A DNA stretch of 64,000 bases from a virus. Its lineage: Duplodnaviria; Heunggongvirae; Uroviricota; Caudoviricetes. The notes under the pieces were generated by a model that was not told the origin of the DNA, did no database searches, and saw only the letters and a program-made list of their open reading frames with translations. Both the position numbers and the translations under genes were made by a program. Where the stretch lies: IMG/VR virus record IMGVR_UViG_3300032318_002198. One strand, written 5' to 3'. This document shows, one piece after another, positions 30,610 through 40,637 of the stretch. Each line of letters starts with the position of its first letter. The stretch's first letter is position 1.

Positions 30610-31773
30610 ATGAACTTATCCTTTAGCGAAAAATTTATTGCATATCTAGCACTTGTAAGTGGACTAACTATTTCTGTAGTCGCAGAATATTACAGTATTC
30701 TGGGACTTACTACCATATTTCCTGCGGCCGTTATACCCGTTGTTATAATGGGTATCGTATTAGGAATCGGTAAAATCACTGCTACTTTATGGTTAAAGCA
30801 AAATTGGGATATAGCACCGTGGTCATTGCGTATATATCTGAGCACAGCCATAATGATTCTCATGTTAATAACCAGCATGGGTATCTTTGGTCTATTATCA
30901 AAAGCTCACAGTGATCAAAGTTTAGTCAGTGGCGATGTATTAGCAAAGATTGCAATATATGATGAAAAGATTAAAACAGCAAAAGAGAATATTGAAGCTG
31001 ACCGAAAACAACTCAAACAAATGGATGAGGCAGTTGAACAGGTCATGGCACGAAGCATAACAGAAGAAGGTGCATCACGCTCCAATGCTATTCGTAAGGC
31101 TCAGGCCCGCGACAGGAATGCTTTAGCTAAGAGCATTGAAACCAATCAAAGACTTATTGCAACTCTCAACGACGAAGCCGCACCTATACGAGCAGAAATA
31201 CGTAAAGTCGAAGCCGAAGTTGGCCCATTAAAATATATCGCAACATTAGTCTATGGTGAAACTGATAACACGATTTTAGAAAAAGCAGTTACATGGGTCA
31301 TTATTATCATAGTGTTTGTATTCGATCCACTGGCTGTTATTTTGCTTTTAGCCAGTCAAATCAGTTTTCAACACTTTAGAAATAAGATCGATGTTGCACC
31401 AATAGAAGAAAAAATTGAAGAATCCGTGGAGGGCGACAACCCGTCAGAGACTGGTCCGGTCGTAGACGTTGATCAGGAACTCATTGTCGCAAAATCTGTC
31501 GAACAATTTGATATAACAAAACATCCGTATCTATTCAAGGTACCTACAAATAGACATCCACCAGGAATAGAACCTGTCGGTCCTCTAGTATATAACTCTA
31601 AGATTGAAGATGTGGATACAGGTAGCCGTACTTCTGAAACATTAGTAAAAGAAAGAATTGCTAGAGAAAGAGCATCAAAGATTTCCTTCTATGTCAACCA
31701 AGCTAAAGAAGGAAGAATGGATCTTAGCGAAATACCCGAAGAATTTTTAGCCGAAGTTAAATCAAGAGTATAA
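30610..31773 (+). CDS. membrane protein with coiled coil
   Basis: Several TM helices, heptads, FDPLAV motif. Confidence 0.65.
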   Translation: MNLSFSEKFIAYLALVSGLTISVVAEYYSILGLTTIFPAAVIPVVIMGIVLGIGKITATLWLKQNWDIAPWSLRIYLSTAIMILMLITSMGIFGLLSKAHSDQSLVSGDVLAKIAIYDEKIKTAKENIEADRKQLKQMDEAVEQVMARSITEEGASRSNAIRKAQARDRNALAKSIETNQRLIATLNDEAAPIRAEIRKVEAEVGPLKYIATLVYGETDNTILEKAVTWVIIIIVFVFDPLAVILLLASQISFQHFRNKIDVAPIEEKIEESVEGDNPSETGPVVDVDQELIVAKSVEQFDITKHPYLFKVPTNRHPPGIEPVGPLVYNSKIEDVDTGSRTSETLVKERIARERASKISFYVNQAKEGRMDLSEIPEEFLAEVKSRV

Positions 31774-31774
31774 A

Positions 31775-32173
31775 ATGAACGGAAAAATTACATTAATCAC
31801 TCCTCCTGATTTTTTTGAAAATCTTAATACAAGTATTTTATTTGTAAATCTTTCAAACGACGATCAGGATACAATCAGTAAATATCTAGTAGATTTAGAA
31901 TTTGATAAAAATCTAAACTTTTATGTATTCGATAACGAAACAGACATACCTTGGTTGTTATATGCATTTAATAAATGTGATTACAAATATGTTAATTTTG
32001 ACAATGGATCACCATTGATATCGACCCTAGGCAGTTATTTAATGGCTAAACCTAACTCATATTATTCATCCTCAGATAGTAACTTGATTGCAATGTATTC
32101 GCATATCAATCAAAATAAAATAAAAAATGTTATTTCATTTTTAGAAAGAGTTGTCGATGACCAAAGTCAATAA
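31775..32173 (+). CDS. hypothetical protein
   Basis: ORF in operon. Confidence 0.6.
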   Translation: MNGKITLITPPDFFENLNTSILFVNLSNDDQDTISKYLVDLEFDKNLNFYVFDNETDIPWLLYAFNKCDYKYVNFDNGSPLISTLGSYLMAKPNSYYSSSDSNLIAMYSHINQNKIKNVISFLERVVDDQSQ

Positions 32174-33389
32174 TGATCATTCGTGCAGTTTTTGTAATAA
32201 AAGCAAAGAAGATGTCGAAAAATTAATTGTCGGTGAAAGTTCGGCTATATGTAATAATTGCGTAGATTTATGTGTAAGCATTCTTGACGAAGAAAAAATA
32301 AAAAGCTTTCCAGTTGACCATAAATTAATCAATCCCACAGAATTAAAAGATTATCTTGATCAATATATCATAGGACAAGACGAAGCTAAAATAGCATTAA
32401 GTGTTGCAGTTAGCCAACATTTTAAAAGAATTCATCACCCTAATAAAGATATTCAGTTAGAAAAAACCAATGTATTATTGTTAGGACCAACGGGTTGTGG
32501 AAAAACTTTCTTAGCACGAAAAATTGCAGAATATTTAGATTTACCTTTTGCAATTTGTGATGCAACTGGAATTACCGAAGCCGGATATGTAGGCGATGAT
32601 GTTGAAAGTATATTAACCAGATTGATCAATGTAGCTAACGGTGATATAGAAAAAGCTAGTAAAGGTATTGTCTACATTGACGAAATTGATAAGATTGCTA
32701 GAAAAAGTGAAAGTGTATCTATTACTAGAGATGTTAGTGGCGAGGGTGTACAACAAGCATTGCTAAAAATGATTGAAGGCAGTGTTATGCGAGTACCAAA
32801 TTCGGGTAAACGTAAACATCCTGGAAACGATATATTAGAGATTGATACAACAGGTATATTGTTTATATGTGGCGGAGCATTTGTAGGCCTAGATAAACTT
32901 ATAAATAATCGTCTAGCAGAAAAGAGTATAGGATTTACGGCAAAGATCAATAATATCACAGAAGATGTAAATCAATATGAAAAAGTCACAACAAAAGATC
33001 TGATTCAATATGGATTCATTCCTGAATTTATAGGAAGATTTGGTCTTATCACTTCTGTTGAGGAACTATCTACTGACGATTTAGTTAAAGTGTTAGGAAG
33101 CACTAAAAATAGTTTAATTAAACAATATCAATATATATTTAAATTAGATGGTTTAGAATTAGAATTTCAAGAAACAGCACTTAAGAAAATCGCATTAAAA
33201 TCTAAGGAACTCAAGACCAATGCTAGAGGTTTAAAGAATATAATTGAAAAAATATTATTACCATATCAATTCGACGCTATTAACCTTGTAAAACGCGGTC
33301 TTAATAAAATTATTATAAGTACAGAAGCGGTAGACGGAAATGCCGCAATATTGATTTTTGATAAAAAAGTAAAAAATGAGAAAAAATAA
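32151..33389 (+). CDS. clpX: ATP-dependent Clp protease ATP-binding subunit
   Basis: C4 zinc finger CSFC..C..C, GPTGCGKT, DEIDK, RDVSGEGVQQALLK. Confidence 0.97.
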   Translation: MSMTKVNNDHSCSFCNKSKEDVEKLIVGESSAICNNCVDLCVSILDEEKIKSFPVDHKLINPTELKDYLDQYIIGQDEAKIALSVAVSQHFKRIHHPNKDIQLEKTNVLLLGPTGCGKTFLARKIAEYLDLPFAICDATGITEAGYVGDDVESILTRLINVANGDIEKASKGIVYIDEIDKIARKSESVSITRDVSGEGVQQALLKMIEGSVMRVPNSGKRKHPGNDILEIDTTGILFICGGAFVGLDKLINNRLAEKSIGFTAKINNITEDVNQYEKVTTKDLIQYGFIPEFIGRFGLITSVEELSTDDLVKVLGSTKNSLIKQYQYIFKLDGLELEFQETALKKIALKSKELKTNARGLKNIIEKILLPYQFDAINLVKRGLNKIIISTEAVDGNAAILIFDKKVKNEKK

Positions 33390-33615
33390 AAATAAACCTT
33401 TAAGGGGATCTACTATAATAGTCGGAGAAATGCCGGTTGAAATTGCAATACGAAAGTTTAAACAACGGGTTGATGATTTGGGTATTTTGGAAATCGTTAA
33501 GAAAAATATGCATTTTGAAAAACCTACTACTGAACGTAAAAGGAAAAAAGGTGCTGCAAAGTCTAGGTGGCAAAAGAAACTCAGAGATCAACAACTACCT
33601 AAGAAAATGTATTGA
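33376..33615 (+). CDS. rpsU: 30S ribosomal protein bS21
   Basis: AIRKFKQRV...HFEKPTTERKRKK. Confidence 0.85.
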   Translation: MRKNKNKPLRGSTIIVGEMPVEIAIRKFKQRVDDLGILEIVKKNMHFEKPTTERKRKKGAAKSRWQKKLRDQQLPKKMY

Positions 33616-33662
33616 TTATTCCTATTAATTTTGCTATAATTAAACTTACCTGAAAGTTATAT

Positions 33663-34190
33663 ATGGCAAAGTCCTTAATGGTCGATTTAGAAACATTGGC
33701 AGTTACTCCAAGAGCTGTTGTGCTAACCTTAGGAGCAGTTACATTTGATCCAACTAGTCAAGGGATCATAGATCAACTATATCTCAGGATAAACATAGAT
33801 GATCAAGATGCATTAGGAAGAGAAATAGATCCTAATACACTAGAATGGTGGGGCAAACAAGATCCTATTATTGTAGAAGAAGCTTTTGGTGCTGAGAATA
33901 GAATTCCCCTAACTGTTGCCATGGATCGTTTTCATAAATTTGCATGGGGGTGTAAAGACTTTTGGAGTCACGGTGCAACATTTGATCTTGTAATTATCGA
34001 AGATATATTGCGACAACTGAATAGACCTTTGCCCTGGAACTATTGGGCCTTAAGAGATACTAGAACTTTATTCGATTTGGGGTTCGATCCAAAAATGCCA
34101 CAGAATAGCAAACATGATGCATTGCAAGATGCTATTAGACAAGCAATCGGTGTTCAAAATGTTTATGCAGAAATAAAGAAGATCAAATAA
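33663..34190 (+). CDS. DEDDh 3'-5' exoribonuclease
   Basis: MVDLETL, HGATFD, RDTRT, HDALQDA. Confidence 0.85.
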   Translation: MAKSLMVDLETLAVTPRAVVLTLGAVTFDPTSQGIIDQLYLRINIDDQDALGREIDPNTLEWWGKQDPIIVEEAFGAENRIPLTVAMDRFHKFAWGCKDFWSHGATFDLVIIEDILRQLNRPLPWNYWALRDTRTLFDLGFDPKMPQNSKHDALQDAIRQAIGVQNVYAEIKKIK

Positions 34191-34191
34191 A

Positions 34192-34440
34192 ATGGCTTCA
34201 TTTACTGATTACTTTAAAAATAAAGAAGTCAAAAATACTTGGCATTTAGGAGATAGAGTATTTGGCAAATGGAATAAAATTCCATTTGTCGGTACTGTGA
34301 TGATAGAAAATATGATTTCAGAAGATGAGGGGCGTAGAGTAATAGTCAGTCTTGATCTTCCTTTAAACTATAAAAAAGAGTATCTAACTATTTTAACTGT
34401 TAAAGTCAAAGACTTAAAAAAATTAACAATGCTTACCTGA
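34192..34440 (+). CDS. hypothetical protein
   Basis: ORF in operon. Confidence 0.55.
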   Translation: MASFTDYFKNKEVKNTWHLGDRVFGKWNKIPFVGTVMIENMISEDEGRRVIVSLDLPLNYKKEYLTILTVKVKDLKKLTMLT

Positions 34441-34824
34441 AGGATCAAATTGATCTAACAAATTCTCACAAAGCCATTTTGCTAATCGTTGTCTCCAAGA
34501 TGGAGCAGAACAACACCATCTTTTTAATCTTGTTGTAACCAATGTTTCTTTTGGAATTTCTAAGAATATAAATGATATAACAAATACATTAACAAATGTG
34601 TCAAGAATATATCCTATAAACAAAACAGGATATCCTAATATTTTTGAAGCAAGGGTCAATTGTTGATCATCTCTAGCTCTTTTTAATGCCATCACTGCTA
34701 GGTAAAAAATCCATAAAAACCAAACAGATAAGATTAAAAATAATAACGTACCTGTAGTAATTATTCCAAAAATTTCAATCGATTGAAGATTTTCGATATA
34801 TTGTATAATGTTTTGCATGGTCAT
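34423..34824 (-). CDS. membrane protein
   Basis: Two TM segments; TAAATA upstream on minus strand. Confidence 0.6.
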   Translation of the reverse strand: MTMQNIIQYIENLQSIEIFGIITTGTLLFLILSVWFLWIFYLAVMALKRARDDQQLTLASKILGYPVLFIGYILDTFVNVFVISFIFLEIPKETLVTTRLKRWCCSAPSWRQRLAKWLCENLLDQFDPSGKHC

Positions 34825-34897
34825 TTTATATCCTCTGTACTATTTATTTGACATTGGAATAATTTTGTAGTATAATATATTTTTCGAAGAATAAATT

Positions 34898-35716
34898 ATG
34901 ACTAAAATTTCGGTTTGTTCAGATCTTCATCTCGAATTTGGCTATCAAGAATTGCCCGGTGGCGAGGTTCTTATCCTTGCGGGTGATATCTGTGAAGCAC
35001 GATCATTTAAAAAACAATTTCATTCTACTAGAGTAACCGATGCGAATCCGGGTACATATCGTTACTGTGATTTTTTCTATAAAGAATGTGCCAAATATGA
35101 TCGAGTTTTTTATGTTATGGGAAATCATGAACATTATCACGGTAGGTTTGATCGAACCAAAATTGAACTAGAAGAAATTCTTCCTAAGAATGTTCGTATT
35201 CTAGAAAACGAATTTGAGATTTACAATGGAGTTTTGTATCTTGGAGCTACACTATGGACCGACTGCGATCGCGGAAATCCTGTTTCTCTGCATCAAATTA
35301 AATACGGAATGAATGATTTTCGATATATTAAAAATTATTATGTAAATAAAAATCTTTATTATAATCTTACACCGGAACATACCGTTGATGTACACAAAAA
35401 CACACTTAGATACTTTCAGGAGGTATTGACTGAACACTCATCTATGCCTTGTGTAGTAATTACACATCATGCACCTTCGCATCTCAGCATTCATCCTAGA
35501 TATATAAATGCTCCAATGAACGGAGCATATGTTAGCGATTTGAGTAATTTTATTTTGGATAACGAAAATATTCGAGTTTGGGTACATGGACACAATCATG
35601 ACCAGTTCAGTTATCCAATTGGCAAAACACAAGTCATGTCTAACCCTAGGGGATACGTGGGTCATGAGGATACAAGTGAATTTGATCCTGGCTTTTTCTT
35701 TAAGGTCGATGGATGA
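34898..35716 (+). CDS. calcineurin-like metallophosphoesterase
   Basis: SDLHLE, AGDI, GNHE, THHAP, HGHNH. Confidence 0.9.
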   Translation: MTKISVCSDLHLEFGYQELPGGEVLILAGDICEARSFKKQFHSTRVTDANPGTYRYCDFFYKECAKYDRVFYVMGNHEHYHGRFDRTKIELEEILPKNVRILENEFEIYNGVLYLGATLWTDCDRGNPVSLHQIKYGMNDFRYIKNYYVNKNLYYNLTPEHTVDVHKNTLRYFQEVLTEHSSMPCVVITHHAPSHLSIHPRYINAPMNGAYVSDLSNFILDNENIRVWVHGHNHDQFSYPIGKTQVMSNPRGYVGHEDTSEFDPGFFFKVDG

Positions 35717-35901
35717 GAAAAGATCCAAACGAAGGCCTCGAAGATTGGGCAGAGCGTGTTCGAAAATACGAATTAGGATACGCTCTGCAACAAATTGCTA
35801 AAGGATTCGATGTTAATTTGGTACTCGAGGCCATGGCGATGAGAATACAAAATAAAATCTTACATCCTATTTTCATAGAGATCAAAAAAAATTCATCATA
35901 A
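35713..35901 (+). CDS. hypothetical protein
   Basis: Overlaps upstream stop. Confidence 0.55.
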   Translation: MRKDPNEGLEDWAERVRKYELGYALQQIAKGFDVNLVLEAMAMRIQNKILHPIFIEIKKNSS

Positions 35902-36043
35902 TATGTTAAATAGGCACTTAATTGTGATAAATAATTATTGTAATATAGTTGACAAAAAAATGCATACGCATTAAACTATATTACGATAGCAGAAGACCTA
36001 ATCAGGCTTCACGTCATATCTTACTTTATAAGGAGAAATAATT

Positions 36044-36484
36044 ATGACTAATCATCAACTTACACGTCTTGACACAAATGCTCTAAATAGGGCACTTCTT
36101 GGATTTGATCAACTCTTTGACAATTTTGAACAAAGATTTGGTAACCAAATCAGCAACAACTATCCTCCGTATAACGTCATTAAACATGACGAGAATACAT
36201 ACGAGATTGAAGTTGCGGTTACCGGATTTCAACAAAATGAAATCACAGTGGAAATTGATCAAAATCAATTAATTGTAAAAGGACACAAGGATCGGAAAGA
36301 CCTTGAGGAATTGTCTTATCTACACAGAGGTCTGGCTACACGTGATTTTACACGTTCGTGGACATTGGCTGAACATATGGAAGTAGGACAAGGTTCTGTT
36401 AAAAACGGTGTTTTGACTATTGAACTCAAGAGAGTTATTCCTGACTCTCTTAAGCCAAGAGTTTTGAATATCAAGTTTGAGTAA
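36044..36484 (+). CDS. small heat-shock protein (Hsp20, IbpA-like)
   Basis: NYPPYNV, YLHRGLATRDF, NGVL. Confidence 0.92.
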   Translation: MTNHQLTRLDTNALNRALLGFDQLFDNFEQRFGNQISNNYPPYNVIKHDENTYEIEVAVTGFQQNEITVEIDQNQLIVKGHKDRKDLEELSYLHRGLATRDFTRSWTLAEHMEVGQGSVKNGVLTIELKRVIPDSLKPRVLNIKFE

Positions 36485-36491
36485 ATAAACC

Positions 36492-36516
36492 TCGGGGGAC
36501 AAAAATCCCCCGTTTC
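36492..36516 (+). terminator. putative terminator hairpin
   Basis: CGGGGA-CAAAAA-TCCCCG-TTT. Confidence 0.6.
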
Positions 36517-36536
36517 ATTAATCAAGAAATTCTATT

Positions 36537-36842
36537 ATGTCAACAGATCTGGTTATAGAAAAAAAGAAAACAACTAGTAGAAAAATTGAACAACCTAAAA
36601 AATACAAAGTTGTAATATGCAATGATGATGTTACACCTATGGATTTCGTAGTTATGCTGTTGGTTTCTATGTTTCGCCATAGTGAACAAAGTGCCGTTGA
36701 TATTACTATGACTGTTCATAAAACTGGCAGTGGTATTGCTGGAATTTATAGCCACGAAATTGCAGAACAAAAAACAATCGACGCTGTTCAATTATCGAGA
36801 TCAAATGGATGGCCGCTGATAATCAAAGTAGAGGAAGCATGA
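36537..36842 (+). CDS. clpS: Clp adaptor protein
   Basis: YKVVICNDDVTPMDFV...VHKTGSGIAGIY..EIAEQK. Confidence 0.92.
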   Translation: MSTDLVIEKKKTTSRKIEQPKKYKVVICNDDVTPMDFVVMLLVSMFRHSEQSAVDITMTVHKTGSGIAGIYSHEIAEQKTIDAVQLSRSNGWPLIIKVEEA

Positions 36843-37378
36843 CTTTAAAAGAACAAACAGCCGAAAAACATTCAGCTGCCGAATCAACACCATTTATGAA
36901 ATTGGTGTTCAAACAAAAATTACCAACAGATATTTGGGCAGACTTTACATATCAAAAAAGTCTCATCTATAATGGTATAGAAGGAATAGCTAGTTCCCAT
37001 GGTCTTTTAAAGGATCTTCCGGATATTCAACGTGCATTTTATCTTTACCAAGATTATAAGAGTTTAACAGATAATCAAATCAAACATACGTATCGTCAAG
37101 TAGCAATTGACTATTACAGATATATCCTTTCGCTTTCTGACAAACCGAATAAAATAATGGCACACTTATATGTGTGGCATATGGGTGATTTATATGGTGG
37201 TCAAATGATTAAGAAAATCATGCCCGGAGATAATCAAGCACTAACATTTAAAGATTCGGAAACTCTAAAAACAGTTATGCGATCAAAATTAACAGATGAC
37301 ATGGGCGAAGAAGCCAACATAGCCTTTGATTGGGCAATTAAACTATTGAATGACTATGACCTCACTGGTGTGGAATAA
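36839..37378 (+). CDS. heme oxygenase (Ho1-like)
   Basis: LKEQTAEKHSAAE, HLYVWHMGDLYGGQ, EEANIAF. Confidence 0.9.
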   Translation: MTLKEQTAEKHSAAESTPFMKLVFKQKLPTDIWADFTYQKSLIYNGIEGIASSHGLLKDLPDIQRAFYLYQDYKSLTDNQIKHTYRQVAIDYYRYILSLSDKPNKIMAHLYVWHMGDLYGGQMIKKIMPGDNQALTFKDSETLKTVMRSKLTDDMGEEANIAFDWAIKLLNDYDLTGVE

Positions 37379-38027
37379 GATAACAGAACTAGCAGCTCAA
37401 ATAGAATCAAAATTTGACAACACTGGATCTAGAGTTATTGGACACGAAAAAGAATACGATTGGTATAACGCAATCTATACTTCGAACCAATATAGAAGAG
37501 CACATATCGAAATAGTTGATCATAGAGCTAATTATAAGATTTACATCTTACACTCCACGGTATTTCCACATTTCAATGATCCGAGTCCTATATGGGGCTT
37601 TGACGTTATCTGCGGCCCGAACAAAATAACAGGGGCATTCCACGATTTTAGTTGGGCTGGCGATAACTCACATACCATGCATAAATGGTTCAACAAAACT
37701 GTGGGCAACTTGACTTGGAATAAACCTAGACAACTACCTCAATGGGCACAGGCGATTTTTAGTCCCTCAATGATTGCCGCTGGAAATTTACAGGATGAAT
37801 CCGAAATAGATCAACTATGTAATATTGCACTAACTACATTGGATTATTATTTGGTAAATGTAGGTTTAACACAAGAAAGCGGTTCGGACTATCATATGGC
37901 CCAAAATCGCTATTGTCATTATCAAAAACAAAATCCACAGGTAATTCAAAGTATGATGGCAATGGGTATAGAAAAATCTGTCATTGAACGTTTTGTAAAC
38001 GAAGTTCTATTTCCTGAAATAGATTAA
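37350..38027 (+). CDS. ferredoxin-dependent bilin reductase (PcyA/PcyX/PebS family)
   Basis: RAHIE, HSTVFP...PIWGFD, GAFHDFS, YC..QKQNP. Confidence 0.82.
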   Translation: MTMTSLVWNKITELAAQIESKFDNTGSRVIGHEKEYDWYNAIYTSNQYRRAHIEIVDHRANYKIYILHSTVFPHFNDPSPIWGFDVICGPNKITGAFHDFSWAGDNSHTMHKWFNKTVGNLTWNKPRQLPQWAQAIFSPSMIAAGNLQDESEIDQLCNIALTTLDYYLVNVGLTQESGSDYHMAQNRYCHYQKQNPQVIQSMMAMGIEKSVIERFVNEVLFPEID

Positions 38028-38091
38028 TGTAAGGATAGACATTATCACTTATCTATAGTATATTAAACAATTATTAAAGAAATACATTTAT

Positions 38092-38790
38092 ATGAAAACA
38101 CTGTTATTTTGCACTGCATATGCCGATACACTAGAACGTTGGGAAGATCTTCATAGCAGATGGATCAACTCCGTTGAATCGGGTCATTTGAATATAGACA
38201 AGATTTTAATTCCTGATGATGGTAGTCCATATATCCCAGAATGGGAAAATCTTGCCTATATTAACGAAGGTGAATTAACTGATCAAGAACCAGATGAACG
38301 AGCAGTAATCTATAAATTTAAGGATAGGCTAGGCCGCCCATCGATATACAATCAAGTTGGTTGGTATAGATCTTTTGCTTTTGCAGGTATGTATGCAAAG
38401 AAATTTGGATATCAAAGAGTAATACATCTAGAAGCAGATGCATTTTTGATTTCAAAACGTATACAAGATTATATGAATAATTTTACTGATGGATGGGAAT
38501 CTTTTTGGTGCCCAAGACATCAAATACCAGAAACAGCTATTCAAGTAATAGCTGGAGAAAATTATATAAATGAATTTGCAAAATTTTGGGATATTCCATA
38601 TTCAAAGTTTGAAGGACAACCTCCTGATCCGGGTGTCGAACAAGGAGAATCATACTTACCATATAAAACAAATAGAAGTTTTATAGGCGATCGGTATGGA
38701 GAGGACGAAATTAACACTCATGTTCCTTTGGCTGCTGATTATGCATGTCAAATACAACCAACAACCTTTGCTTGGTGGTTAAACAACTAA
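38092..38790 (+). CDS. hypothetical protein, possible glycosyltransferase
   Basis: IPDDGSP and HLEADAF motifs; cluster context. Confidence 0.45.
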   Translation: MKTLLFCTAYADTLERWEDLHSRWINSVESGHLNIDKILIPDDGSPYIPEWENLAYINEGELTDQEPDERAVIYKFKDRLGRPSIYNQVGWYRSFAFAGMYAKKFGYQRVIHLEADAFLISKRIQDYMNNFTDGWESFWCPRHQIPETAIQVIAGENYINEFAKFWDIPYSKFEGQPPDPGVEQGESYLPYKTNRSFIGDRYGEDEINTHVPLAADYACQIQPTTFAWWLNN

Positions 38791-38799
38791 TTTATCATT

Positions 38800-40176
38800 A
38801 TGACAAATAAATTAATAATTTTTGATTTAGATGGCGTTCTAATTGAAAGCAGAGATCTCCATTATCATAGTTTAAATTCTGCATTAGAATCTATAGATAA
38901 AAAATATTCTATAAGCAAAGAAGAACATCTTAGTGTATATGATGGTTTAAATACAACAAAAAAATTACGACTTTTAACCGAGACAAAAGGCTTACCGGTT
39001 GAATATCATAATTTAATTTGGCAAAGAAAACAAGATTCTACCCTGGACTTAATAAGACAATTTAAAGAAGATACAAAATTAATTCATATTTTTAAAGAAT
39101 TAAAAAAATTAAAATATACAGTTGCTGTTGCAAGTAATAGTATCAGAGAAACAGTTAAGATAAGTTTACTTAAAATTGGTGTATTAGAATTTGTTGATTA
39201 CTATGTTAGTAACCAAGATGTTGCTTCACCAAAACCATTTCCTGAAATGTATTGGAAATGCATGTCTGCATGTAATGCATTACCTAAACATACTTTAATT
39301 ATTGAAGATAGTCATATTGGTCGGCAAGGTGCATTAGATAGTGGAGCACATTTATTGGCAATAGAAAATAGTTATGATTTAAGCTGGAACAAAATTATTA
39401 ATAAATTAACTATTATGGAAAAAAATACTTTAGAGAAAAATATACCCTGGAGAGATAGTAAACTTAATGTTCTTATTCCAATGGCTGGTGCAGGCTCACG
39501 GTTTACAGCAGCAGGTTATACTTTTCCGAAACCTTTAATAGAAATTAAAGAAAAACCAATGATACAATTCGTAGTTGAAAATTTAAATATTGAAGCAAAT
39601 TATATTTTCATAGTTCAAAAAGAACATTACGAAAAATATAACTTAAAATATCTTCTCAATTTGATTGCACCTAATTGTAAAATTATTCAAGTCGACGGAA
39701 TTACTCAAGGAGCAGCATGCACAACATTATTAGCAAAAGAATATATAGATAATGATAATTCTTTAGTAATTGCAAATTCCGATCAATATGTTGAATGGAA
39801 CTCAAATGAATGCATGTATGCGTTTAACGCCGATTCAATCGACGGGGGTATATTAACTTTTAATGCAATACATCCAAAATGGTCTTATGCAAAATTAGAT
39901 TCTGACGGATTTGTTACAGAAGTTGCAGAAAAACAACCTATTAGTAATTTAGCAACTGTAGGTATCTATTACTGGAGACATGGTTCTGATTATGTGAAAT
40001 GTGCAGAAGAGATGATTGAAAAAAATATACGTACAAATAATGAATTTTATGTTGCTCCGGTATTCAATGAAGCAATTGCTGCTGGGAAAAAAATTCGTTG
40101 CAAAAATATTGAAAAAATGTGGGGTATAGGAACACCCGAAGATCTAAATTATTTTTTAGAAAATTATAAAAAATGA
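38800..40176 (+). CDS. HAD phosphatase plus sugar-phosphate nucleotidyltransferase fusion
   Basis: FDLDGVL, KPFPE, IEDS; PMAGAGSRF...PKPLI. Confidence 0.85.
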   Translation: MTNKLIIFDLDGVLIESRDLHYHSLNSALESIDKKYSISKEEHLSVYDGLNTTKKLRLLTETKGLPVEYHNLIWQRKQDSTLDLIRQFKEDTKLIHIFKELKKLKYTVAVASNSIRETVKISLLKIGVLEFVDYYVSNQDVASPKPFPEMYWKCMSACNALPKHTLIIEDSHIGRQGALDSGAHLLAIENSYDLSWNKIINKLTIMEKNTLEKNIPWRDSKLNVLIPMAGAGSRFTAAGYTFPKPLIEIKEKPMIQFVVENLNIEANYIFIVQKEHYEKYNLKYLLNLIAPNCKIIQVDGITQGAACTTLLAKEYIDNDNSLVIANSDQYVEWNSNECMYAFNADSIDGGILTFNAIHPKWSYAKLDSDGFVTEVAEKQPISNLATVGIYYWRHGSDYVKCAEEMIEKNIRTNNEFYVAPVFNEAIAAGKKIRCKNIEKMWGIGTPEDLNYFLENYKK

Positions 40177-40637
40177 AATTTATTGCTCATCGGGGATTAA
40201 CCAATGGTCCTGATAAAAGTTTAGAAAATAATCCTAATATAATAAATTTAGCATTAGACCAAGGGTTTGATTGTGAAATTGATGTATGGGTCCACGACAA
40301 TACATGGTATCTCGGACACGACAATCCTCAGTATCAAATTGATATCCATTTTTTAAACAAACCAGGACTTTGGATTCATGCCAAAAATTTAGATGCTTTA
40401 CAAAGCTTAACCTCTACAAATCTAAATTATTTTTGGCATCAAGAAGATGATTATACAATAACAAGTCACGGATTTATATGGAGCTATCCAGGAAAACCAC
40501 TTAGTAAAAAAAGTATATGTTTAATGCCAGAATGGAATAATCCTGAATTTAAAAATTTAAATTTTGAGTGTTATGGGATTTGTAGTGATTTTGTAAATAT
40601 AATTAAAAAAAGAAAAAACAATTATGATATTAGTTGA
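40173..40637 (+). CDS. glycerophosphodiester phosphodiesterase-like protein
   Basis: IAHRG, EIDVW, GHD, CSD. Confidence 0.7.
   Translation: MKFIAHRGLTNGPDKSLENNPNIINLALDQGFDCEIDVWVHDNTWYLGHDNPQYQIDIHFLNKPGLWIHAKNLDALQSLTSTNLNYFWHQEDDYTITSHGFIWSYPGKPLSKKSICLMPEWNNPEFKNLNFECYGICSDFVNIIKKRKNNYDIS

Noticed and set aside
36839-38027. Cyanophage photosynthesis cassette
   Set aside because: No psbA, hli, cpeT or petF in the window; tmRNA tag, clpS, hsp20 and rpoZ look proteobacterial by eye.
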